Shown here: positions 1 through 13,226 of the stretch, piece after piece
How positions within the stretch are numbered: position 1 is the stretch's first letter
Layout of the letters: each line of letters opens with the position of its first letter
Assembly (NCBI RefSeq): GCF_000315625.1
Contig: NW_005434671.1
Location: 879,798-943,797, forward strand
Length of the DNA: 64,000 nt
Reading direction: 5' to 3'
Source of the DNA: Guillardia theta CCMP2712
Taxonomy: Eukaryota; Protista; Cryptophyta
Translations under genes and position numbers: made by a program
Notes under the pieces: generated by a model
Databases searched by the model: none
What the model saw: only the letters and a program-made list of their open reading frames with translations
What the model was told of the DNA's origin: nothing

Positions 1-238
1 AGTACGTGCGAGACTTCAAGAGGATGGTAACCCTGGCGGAGCTCAAGACTTACAGGTCAGGTGGAAGAGCAGCTGAGAACCTCGCTGACGTGGTTCCTAC
101 AGCAAGGGAGAGCTGGCCAGGATGGATCTGTTCAACAAGGCTCGGCTGAGCGTTCAGGCGGTCAGCAAGGATGAATGGGAGCACATCATGAGGTTGGAGG
201 AGGAAGAGCCCGAGGATGATGCAGACGGTGCCAAGTGA
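1..238 (+). CDS. 3' end of EVE-domain (THYN1-like) protein, partial, intron-containing
   Basis: Manual translation gives YVRDFKRMVTLAELK ... MDLFNKARLSVQAVSKDEWEHIMRLEEEE, matching the EVE C-terminal pattern VTLxELK...RLSVQxVxxxEWxxI; stop TGA 236-238. Confidence 0.75.
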
Positions 239-664
239 TAGGTGGGGAACGAACAGTCAGACTGCGCTGCGGGATGATCAGCAGTCACTAGTCTCTTTGC
301 TGGTTGAGTTAGAAGTTAGTTGCTTCCAAGCCACTGCCAGTATATCCCGGTCAGTAGCGGTTTAGCGTCCCCAGTCCCTAGTAAACTGGCAACTCGGGCC
401 TACTATGCTGATAAGACCGTGGCAGCGCGGCCGCGCGGCCGGGGCTCAGCCTTGAGCCCGATCGGACCGCCGGACTGGCTGGTGACGGCCCGTACGGTAC
501 TCGAGTGGGACTCCCGGCGAACTCAACCGTTAAACCGGGCCGGGCGCCGCCCGGCCCCCGGGCGGAAGTTTGCAACTTCACAGACGAAAGTTTCAATCAA
601 GTTTGTATGGAAGTAGCCTTCAAAGTTTATAGTTGCCTCTTCGCCATTGGCAGGGCGATAAGGG

Positions 665-1603
665 ATGGCGAATCAGCAGCTGCTCCCCTCGCGCCTCCTC
701 CTCCTCTCCTGCATCGCTCTCGTCGCTCTCTTGTTCCTGGTACGACTCTCCAGTGTCAGTCGCCCCAGCTCGCTAGATGAGGTGTGGGTGCCAGTAGATC
801 AAGTGCGCTCCTTCCGGCCGCTGCGAGGTATGCGAACACGTCTACTTGCGTATGGCTGATTGACCGTTGCAGGAGCTGAAGACTTCAACCTGATGACTTC
901 TCACCTCAAGAGAGGCCTGCATGCTCTTCGATTTAACCCTCAACCCATGCTCAAGGCTCGAGTGGCCACCGCTCCATCCAACATAGATTATTTCTATGTC
1001 GATAGACCGCTGCAGCCCCCCAAGCAAGAAGCTCAGTACTTGGTGTGCCAGCAGAGCAAGGTAGACTACAACCGCCTTCTCCAAGCAGGTCAGATCAGCA
1101 AGGAAGAGCAGGAGCTCCATGAGATCTTCGACTACGTCGATTCAGACCACAGCGGGTGTGTCACTGGGTACGAACTCTACATGTTCAGCGTACAGCTCTC
1201 CAAGGTCTTGCCCCAGGACGAGTGCCTGTCCAACCCTGCATGCGGTCTCTCCTACTCCGATTGCGCTCAGATCATCCTGGCGGTACCATGAGAGCGATGC
1301 TGCCGTGGGCCGATGCTGACTTGCTTCTCACAGATGGACGCTGATGGAAACAACATGATCGACTTCTTTGAGCTGGAACAGTTCCTGATCTTGAAGACTG
1401 TGTTCGACTCTGTCGATCATGGTCACATCGGCACCATCAGCACAGGAGAGCTCTGTGAGGCCCTGATGAAGCTGGGAAGGCAGACCGCAGACTGCAGGGA
1501 GAGACTCATGTACAGTTGGGGAGGAGAGAAGAGATTTGATTTCATGGACTTCAAAAATTTCCTGGTGAATTCTGAGCCCGCCAAGAGCTCGATCGGGTTG
1601 TAG
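665..1603 (+). CDS. EF-hand calcium-binding protein with N-terminal signal peptide/anchor (about 3 exons)
   Basis: Hydrophobic N-terminus (LLLLSCIALVALLFLV); EF loops DSDHSGCVTGYE, DADGNNMIDFFE, DHGHIGTISTGE; GT-AG introns near 828-872 and 1283-1333. Confidence 0.8.
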
Positions 1604-1714
1604 ATGGAAGGGAGATGGAGGCGACAAGAGGTTTGCTCATTAGAATCTTATTTCAAACATGTTGGAGGCGATTTCAGAAGCGCGATATGTACAGTGATTG
1701 AAACATGTGACTTG

Positions 1715-4700
1715 CTAACATGGCTCGTCTAAGATGGCTGCTCGGGCGTACGATCGTTGGGTGTGGAGAGCGACGGGGACCAGGGAGGGAGGAAGATGCT
1801 GGGCGTGCGTCCTGAGGTCCTCCCTCAGCCTGTCCGCGTACGCCAAGAAAGGAGCAGAATCAGGGAAAGCCGCCTGCGGACTGGGAATCAGAGGAGGAGC
1901 TGAAGGGAGAATGAAGGAGAATGAGAAGGAACATTGGAGCAGGAGGAGCCAAAGGAAGGACAGAGGAGGGAAGAGGAGGGGAGGAGGAAAGGAGGAGGAG
2001 GAGAGAGAGAGAAGCCAGAAGGTAGAAGAAGAAGACAGTACCATCTTGACGCGCATGGATCCCTCCAGCGCCACCCGAGCTTGTGAGCCGTCAAGCTCTA
2101 CGGATGCCTGAGAGAGAACGATCAGTGGGGAGAAACCGGAAGGAAGGAGGAGACAGGTAGGAGGGGAAGGAGGAGGAGTCAGGTAACAGGTCAAGGAGGA
2201 AGGGAACGCGACGAGGGCAAGAGCCATGGCGAGGAGGAGGGAAGAGCACCGTGACAGACAAGCTGAGTTCCTCATGCCGCAGCCTTCTCGTCCAAACCTC
2301 TTCCCTGATGTTGGAAGGAGAGTCTTGAGACTTGCTGCTTGCAGGCAGCTCGTGGCGGAACAGGACATAGGAGGCATCCTGTGCTGCAGTCAGCGACGCA
2401 CCATCTCTGTCCTCCTCCCCTACTCACCTTCTCTTCGTCGTACTTCACTCCCCCCGCAGCAGGGATCGCACGTCCTGCGACGTTGACGCTGATGCGAGCG
2501 AACCGAAAGCCCCACACCGACAGCCGCACCCACACACTGCGCGAAGACTGAGGAGAGGGGAGAGCGGGGAGGGAGGAGGGAGGAGGGAGGAGGGAGGAGG
2601 GAGGAGGGAGGAGGGAGGAGGGAGGAGGGAGGAGGGAGGAGGGAGGGAAGTGGGAAGAGGAGGGTTTTCATAGATCGGGATCTATGGAGGTAGCACACAC
2701 CATGATCCTTGCGGGGCGTAGAAAGTTCCTTTCTCATCCCTGAAAGTAGCAACCCCAAGAGCATCCGCTACCTGCCTCACCCTCACTCCTCGCCCATGTA
2801 CTGCTCTCCCTCATTCTCCCTCCCCCTCCCCTCTCCCCTCGTTGTGCTCCATCACCAACACCATCATCACCACCTCCTCCTTCACCACCAGCTCCTTCTC
2901 TCACCTGCCATTCCACCAGGAGCGCTTCGGGTGCCAGCAGCTCGGCGAGGACGCGGTAGTAGTCTCGGGCGTTGCCAATGTGCCTGATGCTATCCCTTCT
3001 CATCTCCAAAAGCTCCTCGACCTTGAAGCACTCTCAGTTCCTTTGCTGGAGGAGGAAAAAGGAGATGGGAGAGGATTCGGTCAGAGAAGGAGGGGAAGGA
3101 GGAGCTGAGGTGTGTCGAGCATCGCTGTACCATCACGATCCTCTCTTCGAAACTCTTCGCTCCTCTCTCCACAGAGCTCCTGTACGACCCCTGCTGTGAA
3201 GGAGCCGGGCTCCGCCCTCCAACGCTCTTCGCCTCCCGCCTCCTGCTCGCTCCCTCAGCAGCGGCGACCCTCCCGCTCAGCTGAGAGAGGTTCTGATGCA
3301 GGACGTTCGAGAGCCTCGAGAGCCTCTTCCTCAGGTCTGCCTGCTGCTGCTCCCTCCTCCCATACCCTCTCGAGAAGAAGGAGTCCCGCAGCACACTCAG
3401 CCTCTGATCCTCCAGCAGATCGTGAGGCTTCGCCAGGGCCCGCACAGCGTTCCTCTTCCGTAGAAGGGCGTACTCCACCCCTCCTACCTCGATCACCAGC
3501 TCCATGTCAGCCTTCTTGCCCTCCTCCTCCTTCTCCTCTCCTCCTCCTCCTCCTCCTCCTGGGTTCTTCGAGCGAGTGAACTTGTCCACGGTGTCAAACA
3601 CTGCCTGCTCGTAACGAGTCAGGACAAGGGTCTTCTTCCTCTCTCTCTCCATCGCTCGCAGGCCAGCAGTCAACCCACGCATGCACGCGTCGAGTTGTTG
3701 TCCAGAGAGAGAGAAGGAGTGTTGCTGCCCTGCCTTCCCCTCCAGCGTCTTGAGGAACTGCAGGCAAGCTTTGACCTCCTCTTCCTCGTCTCCTTGCGCC
3801 TCGCTCTGGGAGAGGAAAGAAGCTTCAATCCATCCGTCATCCCCCGTCCGCTCGTTCATCGTCTCCTCCTTGTCCTCCTCTCCGCTCGACTCGATCGTGC
3901 TCTCCAGCACTTGGTGCCCCCTCTCCCTGTCTTTCCCTGTCGTCTGCAGCTGAGCTGCGCGCGCAGCCTGAAAGGAGGAGGGGGAGGCGCGTGAGGAAGG
4001 GCTCGAGGTCGGAAACTCCTTGGGCAGGAAACGATCCGCCATGGCGAGCGGGTCGATCTCGGACCTCCTGCTCTTGGTCGGCGTCTGTGTTGGAGTCTTT
4101 CTTTCCAGAGAGGAGGATAGCAGCTTGCTGCCCGACAAGTCGGCGGCGGCGGCGGCGGCAGCAGCAGCGGAGGAGGAGGAGGAGGGAGGAGCTCTGCTGT
4201 CGACTGTTGACTCGTTGGACAAGCGAAGGCCGGCCAGGAAGTCACGGAAATCAAACTTACCGCTCTAGAGCAATGTCAGGATGGGAGACAATAAGGGAAG
4301 GAGAAAGGAGGAAGGAGGAGGGGAAAGAGCGGGAGACAGGACAATGAAAGGTAGGAATGAGGCAAACAGGGAGTTGTGGAGGAGGTTGGGGGGGGGGGGG
4401 GGGGGGGGGCGCTTGCTCTCTGTGAATTTGCGCAGAGCAAAGGTGTTCTTGTATTTGTTCGTATTTTTCCTGTCTTCTATCATGATCGTACATTTGGGGG
4501 GGGGGGGGGGGGAAANNNNNNNNNNNNNNNNNNNNNNNNNNNNNNNNNNNNNNNNNNNNNNNNNNNNNNNNNNNNNNNNNNNNNNNNNNNNNNNNNNNNN
4601 NNNNNNNNNNNNNNNCTTGCAACCTACTTCGGTGGGGGGGGGGGGGGGGCTCGTGGATGTAGGGAGAGAGGAGGAGGAGGAGGGAGAGGAGGAGGGAGAG

Positions 4701-7700
4701 GAGGAGGAGGACCAGGAGGGAGAGGAGGAGGAGGAGGAGGAGGAGGAAAGAGCCAAGAGCCCCAGGAGACGCAGCGGTGATACCTTTCCCACGTGCGTCA
4801 TGCAGAGGATGACTTCGACTTCCTGGCGGGTGAGCTGCAGGCCCTGCATGTCGTTGAGGACGAGGACGGCGTCCTTGAGCTGCGAGACAGAGAGGAGGCC
4901 GTCCCTGTCCGTGTCCAGAGCTCGCAAAGCAGCATCGAAGTCCTCCAGGTGCTCCCGCAAAGCCTCAAGGAGGTCCCGACTGCTGCGAGTGTGGGAGAGG
5001 TGGGAGGAGGGAGGAGGATGTACCCTCTTCTCCGCGCGCTTGCCCATAACTCCTCCTGCTCCTGCTCCTGCTCCTGCTCCTCCTACTCCTCTCTTGGTCT
5101 CTTCTCCATTCCCCTGCAGTGCCATCCCTGGTCCTTTGCTCGCCTGGCCCTGTAGGAAAATCGAATCCTTGGCGAGTTTCCAGGGAGGGAGGAGAGCGTC
5201 GCGGCAGGAGCGTTGGAGGAGGGCGGACTGAAAGGACTTGGCAAACCTGAGCCCGAACCTCCTCCTGCTCGCCGACCTCTCCTCTGTCCACGACAGCAAC
5301 AGCCAGAAGGGAGAGGAAGAGCTCTCCACTTTGAGGTCGTGGGTGATCCCCCGCTCCTCCATTACCTCCAGCTCTCCCTTCATGCTCCCCTGCCGCACGA
5401 ACGCGATCCTTGCGTCCTCCTTCCTGCTGCTGCTCTGCAGCATGCAGACGAGGACCGGAGCTCGATACTCCATCTCCTCGTCCTCTCCCTTGCTGTAGAA
5501 CAGCTGGGCCTTGAGCGCGAGGAGGAGGTTGAGCCCTCTCCTCTTGAAGTGCTGAAGCACCAGGGGGGAGGAGGCATGCGGTCCGTCCATGCTGGACCCA
5601 TTCAGCATGCTGCCGCCCGTGTGATCAGAGTGTGCGGCTACCCTCTCCTCTGCACGTAGCAGGTCCTGCTGCGCTTGGCTAGAGCAAGCGTCCCACAAGC
5701 CCTCCCCCTTCACTTTGTCTCTCATCTCCTCAACCATCTCCTTGGCCATCCTGACCTGTCCGAGCTCGATTGCAACCTCAACATCCTGCGCACGCTGGGA
5801 GAGACTGGACTCCACCTCCCTCAACCGTTCCTCTGCGACCGTCTCCTCCCTCGCCCTCTCCCCTCGCTCCTTCAGCTCTCCTCCTCCCCTCGACTGTAGC
5901 ATCCTCAGCTTAGCAATGCTGCGCAGATGCTCTTCGACCTGATGGGATTGAATTCTCCCGTGACCCTCCTCGTCTATCCTCTTGAACGTCCGCACAATCA
6001 TCTCGTGGCTCAGCTGCCTCATCCTCAGTGACGTCAGGCCCTTCATCCATGCTTGGAAGTCTATGACAGGGTCGTCTCGCTGCCTTGCCGAGGAGGATGA
6101 GGAGATGAAGGAGGTACCTCTGCCATCCTTCGCATCCCTGCCGAAGATCGCAAACGCCTGCTTCAAACTCCCGAACTTCTGCTTCATCTTCAGGGCAACC
6201 CCCTCGATCGCCTCGTCAACTTGAGCATGCTGGCTCACACCCTCTGGGAGTTCTTTGCTCTCTCTCTCCCTCCTCGCAGGAGGCGACGACGCGTCCCGAC
6301 TCTGCGACAAGAACGAGCTAAGATGGTCAAGACGATCCGCAGGCAGCGTCCTCGTGTTGACAGATAGGGCAGAGTCTCCCATCCCCGAGCTGTCGGAGGA
6401 GGAGGAGGAGGAGTCCAGCGGATAAGATTTCTCAATTTCGCTCTTTCCATTCACCTTCCTGCTCGCATCTGCCCTCTTCACGTGCCGGGAAAGTCTCCAT
6501 GCCGTCCGACTCCCTTCCTCCTCCTCATCGTCCGAATCGTCTGAGGACGAGTCGAAGTCTTTCTCGTGTAAGGCACTCGCCTTCACCATCTCCGTCTCTT
6601 GAGAACTATCAACCGTCACCCCAGCAGCAGCCCCCGCGTTCGCCGGCTGCCATCGTTCCAACTTGTCAGCCGTGACGCTTTCTTGCTCGCCAAGGTCCCT
6701 TAACGACAGCTCACGAGTGTCTGAGCAAGACTGCCCAGCGCCCTCCACCTTGTCTCGGAGTCTCTGCACGAGGCGAATGCAGTTGTTGCCCGAGTCCGAT
6801 ATCACGATCGTCCCATCTTCAAGGCAGCAAACCCCGCAGGGCTTGTTGAATGTACTCTCTTCGATCAGGCCGTCAGTGGCTCCCCAGCATCCGTTCCCCG
6901 CCCATGAGCTCAGGCTCCGCAAGTCTCCGTCCAGCCTCCGAATCTTGTTGTTTTCTCTGTCTGCAATCAGTATGCTCCCATCCTCCAGCAGGCAGCTCGC
7001 CTCCGGGTGGTTCAGTTCACAAGTGTCGACGGCTCCATCTGTTCCACCAGCCTTGGGCCCTCCTGCCAGCGTCCTCACTTCTTTCCAGTCGGGCGACATG
7101 ACGCGCAGGCAGTGATTCCCCGAGTCAATCACGAGCAGAGTCTCCTCCTTATCAAACATGACGAACGTCGGCCTCCTGAACTTGGCTCCCTCCGACTCGC
7201 CGTCCACAAACCCTCCTGCCCGGTCCGGTCCACTGCCCCCGGCTAGTGTCGTCACCATGCCGTTGGCGATCCTCCTCACGGCATTGTTTCCTGAGTCAGC
7301 TACGATGATCGACTTGTCGCTAGGGCAGACGCAGATGCTGCAGGGAGTGTCGAACTGCGCGACCTGCACCGGGCCGTCTCTGTGGCCACGCTTTCCGCTT
7401 CCTGCGAAAGCGACCACCCGCTCTCCATCGTAGGAGACGGATCGTATGCGGTGATGACCCGAGTCGCACACGAGGAGGCCGCTGGGGAGAGGGCAGATGC
7501 CCTTGGGGTGGAGCCATGAAGCGCTGGCTGCGAAGCTCTTCGTGCAGATCCCCTCGACAAGTGGTCCGCCTTGCCTGCCCAGCGCAACAAGTCGCAGAGC
7601 ATTGTTCCCTGTGTCTGCAACGACCACAACACTTGTGTCAGCAGGATTCGGCGCGATGTCTCCCTCCTTCTTCAGCGCCATCGGCCGTGCATGGCGAGGT

Positions 7701-7903
7701 AGTTCACATAATGTCGTCGGACCTCGGAACCTGCTCACCGAGGGCGGGCCGTCCACAAGCCCAGGCTTGTAGCTGCTGTTGAAGGACGAGACTTGAAGCG
7801 GAGGAAGTGGGGGTGAGGGGGAGGAGGAGGAGGCTGGCATGCTGTCGGCTGCTGCGGTCTGAGCACGGGAGGAGGAGAGCGCGGCGGTGAACGAATGTTT
7901 CAT
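1715..7903 (-). CDS. Large NHL-repeat (beta-propeller) + EF-hand protein, multi-exon; 3' end approximate
   Basis: Repeated NHL motifs (VADTGNNALR, VCDSGHHRIR, VADSGNNAVR, IADRENNKIR, F.xP.G); EF-hands DEEGHGRI, DTDRDGLLS. A donor near 4783 and acceptor near 4265 join THVGK to SGKFDFRDFLAGL, in frame with ORF 2990-4222, so the downstream ORFs belong to the same gene. Confidence 0.75.
2551..2650. repeat. Polypurine microsatellite (GGAGGGA)n, probably intronic
   Basis: Direct reading of tandem ggagggagga units. Confidence 0.9.
4388..4750. repeat. Intronic poly-G runs flanking a 100-N gap plus (GAG)n tract
   Basis: G-runs at ~4388-4409, ~4495-4512, ~4634-4649; gap 4516-4615; (gag)n 4665-4748. 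Confidence 0.9.
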
Positions 7904-8199
7904 GCCATGAAGAATTTAACGGAACCTGGTGCCCCTCATCCCCGCTCCATTTGAATACCCTCATCCCCGCCTTGATCCCTCGCATTCCCACAGATTCCTC
8001 TGCAGATTCCTGCACAGATTCCCACAGGGCTCATCTCATCTCAGGGATCATGGAAGGAGGAAGGGGAGGAGAGGGGAGGAGGATGAGCGAGCAGCTGGAA
8101 GGAGATGAAGATGGGACGAGAGCTGCTGCTGCTCAGATGGTATGAGATGGGATCCCATTCTTGAGCCTGCTTGCTCGATCCATTCCAGCAGCTTTCCAC

Positions 8200-11100
8200 A
8201 TGATCGCAGCTTTCTCCCTCACCCTCCTTCTGTTGCAAGTGCAGCTTGTTGAAGTTGAGAATGCGATTGCATGGCACTCGCGAGATGCACACAGGAACTT
8301 GATGCATCTACGGGGAGGACAAGGCGGCTCGCAAGGCCTCGAAGAGGCCTTCTCCTCTCAGTTTCCGTCAAGTAGGAACGAAAACGAGCGCACGGCCTCA
8401 AACGCTGAGGACAGTGATTTCCTGCTCAACCGCGGGCAGCCGCAGGAACCGAAGATCTTTGACTTCCCCAGCCATCTCGGGAGAAACGCTCAATTCAAGG
8501 AGTTCGAGGACACCTTCTTCAAGAACGCGTCCGCTGGCAGCGGGACTAGAGATTTCTACCGCCAGATTCACGAGGATATCTTTCCTGACGCGAACCCCAT
8601 CGACTATCTCGATGGTGATCCAACGCAGCAGGATATCTTGACCAGAAGACTCCACGACGACTTGAGGAGGTACGTTACCCTTTCCTGCTGCTGCTTTCGC
8701 AGACTTCGTATGCAGAAGTGGCTTGGCTGAGCCGAGCTCGGGCAAGGGGAGTGAAAGCGAGAGCACGAGTCTGGGGCCGACCAACAAGAAGATACGACGC
8801 AGTGAGTATGCAAAGACGGATGAAGATCAGTCTGCAGAATCCGATAAGTTGGGCGAAAACTTTGGGAGGGAGTTCGGCTTTCCAACTGGGGGAAACATGG
8901 TCAACATAGAACCTGGAGATTTGTGCAACTGATCCACAGATGGCAGGGTGAGAATGAAGAGAACCAGGAGGAGAGTCAAAGTTTTTCGAGAGGAGATTCT
9001 GAGGACATGAACTTGATCAGCAACGAGGTGGAACCAGTCGGTGCAAGCGTTCGCCCCATTAGCACGAATGGTACTGACGCGCAAGGAAAGGAGTTGGTGC
9101 TTGTCGATCGACGATGCGCTCGCAGAGAAGAGTGACGAGTCATGCAGGCCGAAGCTCGACCTACAGCCAAAGAAGAGATACACCAGGGTGATGGACTGGT
9201 CGACGACAGTCCTGTCTTCGAGGTCCTCTGCACTGTGCCCTCCCCAGCACTGACTCTCCGTGGCAGGATTTGCTGGATGAGGAAGACGAGAACCAGGAAG
9301 CCTTCCCTGATGACTTCGAGGTGAGGGATCTGACTTGCCGTTGACGTCTAGAGGAGTGACTACTGAGTGAAGCTCGGGGACATCGTTGTACCCGACATGC
9401 ACAACAACGTGCCGGAAGCGGTCCTGCTAGCCCACGACGAGGTCTCTGTCCTCTGTCTCGCAGAGGGTTGGAGCGTGCTGAAGAAGTTTTCTGTATCAGG
9501 CTTACGGTGGAAATCGAGTTTTCCTAAGACCAGGGGAGCACACGTGGAAGGCGTACAACTTTGGAAGAATCGAAGTGTTGAGGCCGTTGAAAGTCATCGC
9601 CCAGGTTGGCATTCCATATCTTGTTCAGATGTTGACTCTACATCACAACAGCGAGGAGCAACTCTCTTGGGAAAGTAAGGACGACGATGTTGAACGCGCA
9701 CGCTCGACGAGGAAGTCATTCTTGCTGTTTGCGCAGGTGGTTGTTGCTGGATGGGAGCTCAGGGGAGTTCAAGAACGTCCAGTGCCTGTGGGAGGTTCCG
9801 ACCTTGTAACCTGCAGTTGAGGACAGACTGACTTGCTGCCCCTACAGGCTGAGAACTCTGAACAGTGCAGAGTGATCGATGATCCTACCGTATACATACA
9901 GGGTGACTGCTTCACGAGGTTTCAAGGCCTTGCAGTGACTCTTTGTGCAATAGGAGGAAGGCCCTGGAAACTGAAGAACTGCGAGATAAGGTCGGCAGGA
10001 TGCATTTCCTTGACCGTGTCACAATCAGGGTATGCTAGGATGGCTCTTCCCCTCTGCCATTTGTTGAGCACATCCTCTGAAACAGTCAATGCGAGGCCAA
10101 GTACTGCACATTCGGAGGGGCCGGAGAGATAACCTACGTGGAGGCACACGACGAGGTTGTTACCGCCAGCTCTCTCTCTCTCTTTCATTTGACCCTCCTG
10201 ATCCGCAGAAGAACTGTGGCTCGCACGGAGTCAATGTATTCACCGACAGGATTGATGCAATGGTGACCCTGCGTGTTCGAAGGTGATGGGGAAAGCCGAG
10301 GTCAGTCTGCAGAAATGTCTCATCGAAGACACCTATGGCCCGGGTTGTAACTTCCTTGGGAGGACAAAAGGGTAAACGATCAGACTGAGTGCAGAAGATT
10401 TCATGATGACGTTGCTTCTAGAGAAATCGAATCATGTCTCTTTCAACGAAATGGCATCGGGATTGTATGTACTGAAATGTCCTTCACGATCGAAGCTTGA
10501 TCGGCACGCAGGCGTTCGACTATCGCACGAATGTTGAAATAACAGGTGATGTAACCCCTCTTACTTTGTCCTTGTCTCTTCTATTCTCTCTCTCTCTCTC
10601 TCTTCTCCTCTCTATAAAACACACTCTCTACGTTTCTCTGTTCCTCTCTCTCTCCCGCCTCATTCGTTTGCCTTAGAATGTGTCCTCCGTGAAATATTCG
10701 AGGGAGCATTTTGGGCCATGCCAGGAGAGAGTAAAATGGAGGTCTTGACGACTTCTTGTTCCAAATCTTGTTCTTAAGAGTTCTTGCAAGGTGAGAATGA
10801 CGTCGAACCAAGTGCATGGTTGTGTCTGGTGCACAAACAAGGTAGCAAACTGCTTGCAGATAGCATGGCTACACTCATCTGCTTGTTCTGCCTTGTTTTC
10901 AGCGTCCAGAGAAGCTGTCGATCAAGGGCAACAACTTCAATGTCTCGATCTTCACATGCCGTCCGACAAAGAATGAACTTGTTCTGCAGGAGACTTTTCC
11001 AGAACAGTGGAAAGAAGTCATCTCGTCTTATGGTGAGAGCGACAATGGATTTGCTGTAAATCTGGTTGAGTTCCTCGTCAACCAGCCCCGATGCTGCACG

Positions 11101-11440
11101 ACATGATTGCTTGCGGACAACCCTGGATACAGCGAGACCCTCCCGACGGAGTATCTCTAACTTTATCCTCCGTGTTCGTAACTGTCATGTCAGGTCAAAA
11201 TCGCGAAAGGATTTGCTATTTGAGACGCAAGTGGCCCCCGTCACGCTGAGTCATGGAGACAAGGCCGCTTGTCGGGCACAGAAGAAGATGGAGGAACTTC
11301 ACTGCTGCTCCGGCAGGATGACAGAGCAGGAAGGACTTCACTCGGCCCGTGGGGGTTCAGCGAAGATCGACAGTTTGACATGCAAGCCTACTAACCGTAT
11401 GAAAGATGACATTGAGATGTTGGATAAATGCAATTGGTGA
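8200..11440 (+). CDS. Signal-peptide protein with right-handed beta-helix (pectin-lyase-like) region, multi-exon; 3' end uncertain
   Basis: Signal peptide MIAAFSLTLLLLQVQLV, then HLRGG and an acidic linker. Exons read LLGKWLLLDGSSGEF, GGRPWKLKNCEIRSAG, CTFGGAG, LQKCLIEDTYGPG, IESCLFQRNGIGI, typical of parallel beta-helix repeats; many ~45-nt GT-AG introns. Confidence 0.6.
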
Positions 11441-11604
11441 AACATCTTTCCGAGCCGATGGTAAACACACACCAGTGACCCTGAGATCAGTATCGCTCGT
11501 GGGTTTATTTACATGAGGTCTAAAGTTACACGGATAGACTTGTCTAGGTCATGGTACACCCAGGCACTCGAGCCTTGACTCGTGACTGGCGAGTGGCAGC
11601 GCCT

Positions 11605-12770
11605 CTATTTGGGGGCCTGGTTGAAGACGGTCTTGGCAACCTCGATGGCCTGCTTGTAGGTTTGCTCGCCCCAGACTGCCGGGCTCTCAGTCAGACAACC
11701 TCCACAACGCCCTCACTGCCAAACACTCACTGAGCTTGGAGTTCTCGAGCACCGCAAGCACTTCCTCCTGCGTAGCGCCGACCTGCCAGAGAAACCCCGT
11801 TAGACCACCCCGAGCAGCGACGAGATCCCGGAGCTCACGTTCAGCGCTCCCTGCACATGCGACGCGAGCTGCATGGGAACGTCTTGGCCGGAGAGCACAG
11901 ACACCACGCAAAGCTCTCTCATCCTCAGAGGAAGGCATCCAGCGCGCCCAATCACACGGCCGTAGGCATGCTCGACCATGAACCGGTCCAGGAGGGGATG
12001 AAGATAGGCCATGCGGGCCCTCAGCTTCTGGTACTTCTCGCCGTAGATCATCGAGCACGCCTCATCCCCTGTGCACCCTCTCTCAGCAAACGCTCCTCCC
12101 GGGCTCCCACCCTCGCATGCAGCATCACCTCTGACGGCAAAGTAGTTGCCCTCATTGCTGTGCTCTTCCTGCCACTCGGGCGTGCGCTCGACGCCGACTT
12201 TCTGCACAGCTGCGAAGGCATTGATGGTCTTGGGGAAGCCAACGAGGCAGTTCAACTGAAGGATCGCCTGCCACAAACCTTGTCACCGCTCACACCCACC
12301 CGCTACAGCGGAGGTCACACCTCCATCCCAGCGGGGTGGCAGGACTTGGGCACGTACTTCCAGTCGCGAGCTACGTCTTTCAGCTTGCCAGCGCCCTGCC
12401 ATGTCTCGGATCAGGAGACCGCTCCCTCATGCATCTGCATGCTNNNNNNNNNNNNNNNNNNNNNNNNNNNNNNNNNNNNNNNNNNNNNNNNNNNNNNNNN
12501 NNNNNNNNNNNNNNNNNNNNNNNNNNNNNNNNNNNNNNNNNNNNNNNNNNNNNNNNNNNNCCTGCGCAGCAGGCAGACGTACGGGTGATCCTCGGGCTCC
12601 AGGTTGGCGACCTTCTCGACCACAATTTCCTTGGGGGTCGGGGAGGTGGCGTTGGTGTACAGTCTTGATCCCCCGAGATACAAGGCAGGGATGGAGCGCT
12701 CGAAGGCTCGAGACGCCTGGACGGTCTTGGCGAGGAGGCCGAGACGGATGTTTGCAAAAGCCAAGGACAT
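11605..12770 (-). CDS. Carboxymuconolactone decarboxylase/AhpD-like protein, copy 1 (interrupted by N-gap)
   Basis: Near-identical to copy 2 at offset 2209 bp; CMD motifs LVGFPKTINAF and EHAYGRVIGRAGCLPLRMRELCVVSVL...QLASHVQGALN. Confidence 0.8.
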
Positions 12771-13042
12771 GGTGTAGGATGTCGAAGGTGATGGTAGAGA
12801 AGCAGAGGAGGTGATGCAACAGGAAGGACGGTAGCTCAATCAAGCACACGCTAGGCGCAGCGGCTGCAGCGGAGGAGGACAGGGAAGATCAGGATAGAGG
12901 AAGCGGTAGGGGAGGAACTCCAAACCAGGTGAAGATGAGGGGGGGGGAGGGCGGGCTTAAGTAGTGGAGGAAGTGAAGGAAGGGGAGGAAGGGGAGGAAG
13001 ATGACCCTTACGTATGTTATTAATTATGCACCTGCGGATGTC

Positions 13043-13226
13043 TTTACTCAAAGTTAAGTTAAAAATCAGTACGAGGACAATCAGGAGAGGATACGTCAGA
13101 GCTCAAGAAGGCGTGGTAGGTACCCTTGAGGCTCTTCAATGTAGTGATCCCTCAACGTGTCTCTATTATGCACCTACGTCAGGAGTCGAAGGGCTCGTAC
13201 TGATCTTTAACTTAACTTTGAGTAAA
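13043..13226. mobile_element. MITE-like element A1, 33-bp terminal inverted repeats
   Basis: TTTACTCAAAGTTAAGTTAAAAATCAGTACGAG (13043-13075) versus CTCGTACTGATCTTTAACTTAACTTTGAGTAAA (13194-13226): one mismatch; no coding capacity. Confidence 0.75.

Noticed and set aside
4265-4783. C-terminal poly-Ser/Pro tail of the 1212-aa ORF
   Set aside because: Lies in an intron (donor ~4783, acceptor ~4265) containing a gap; splicing restores an EF-hand.
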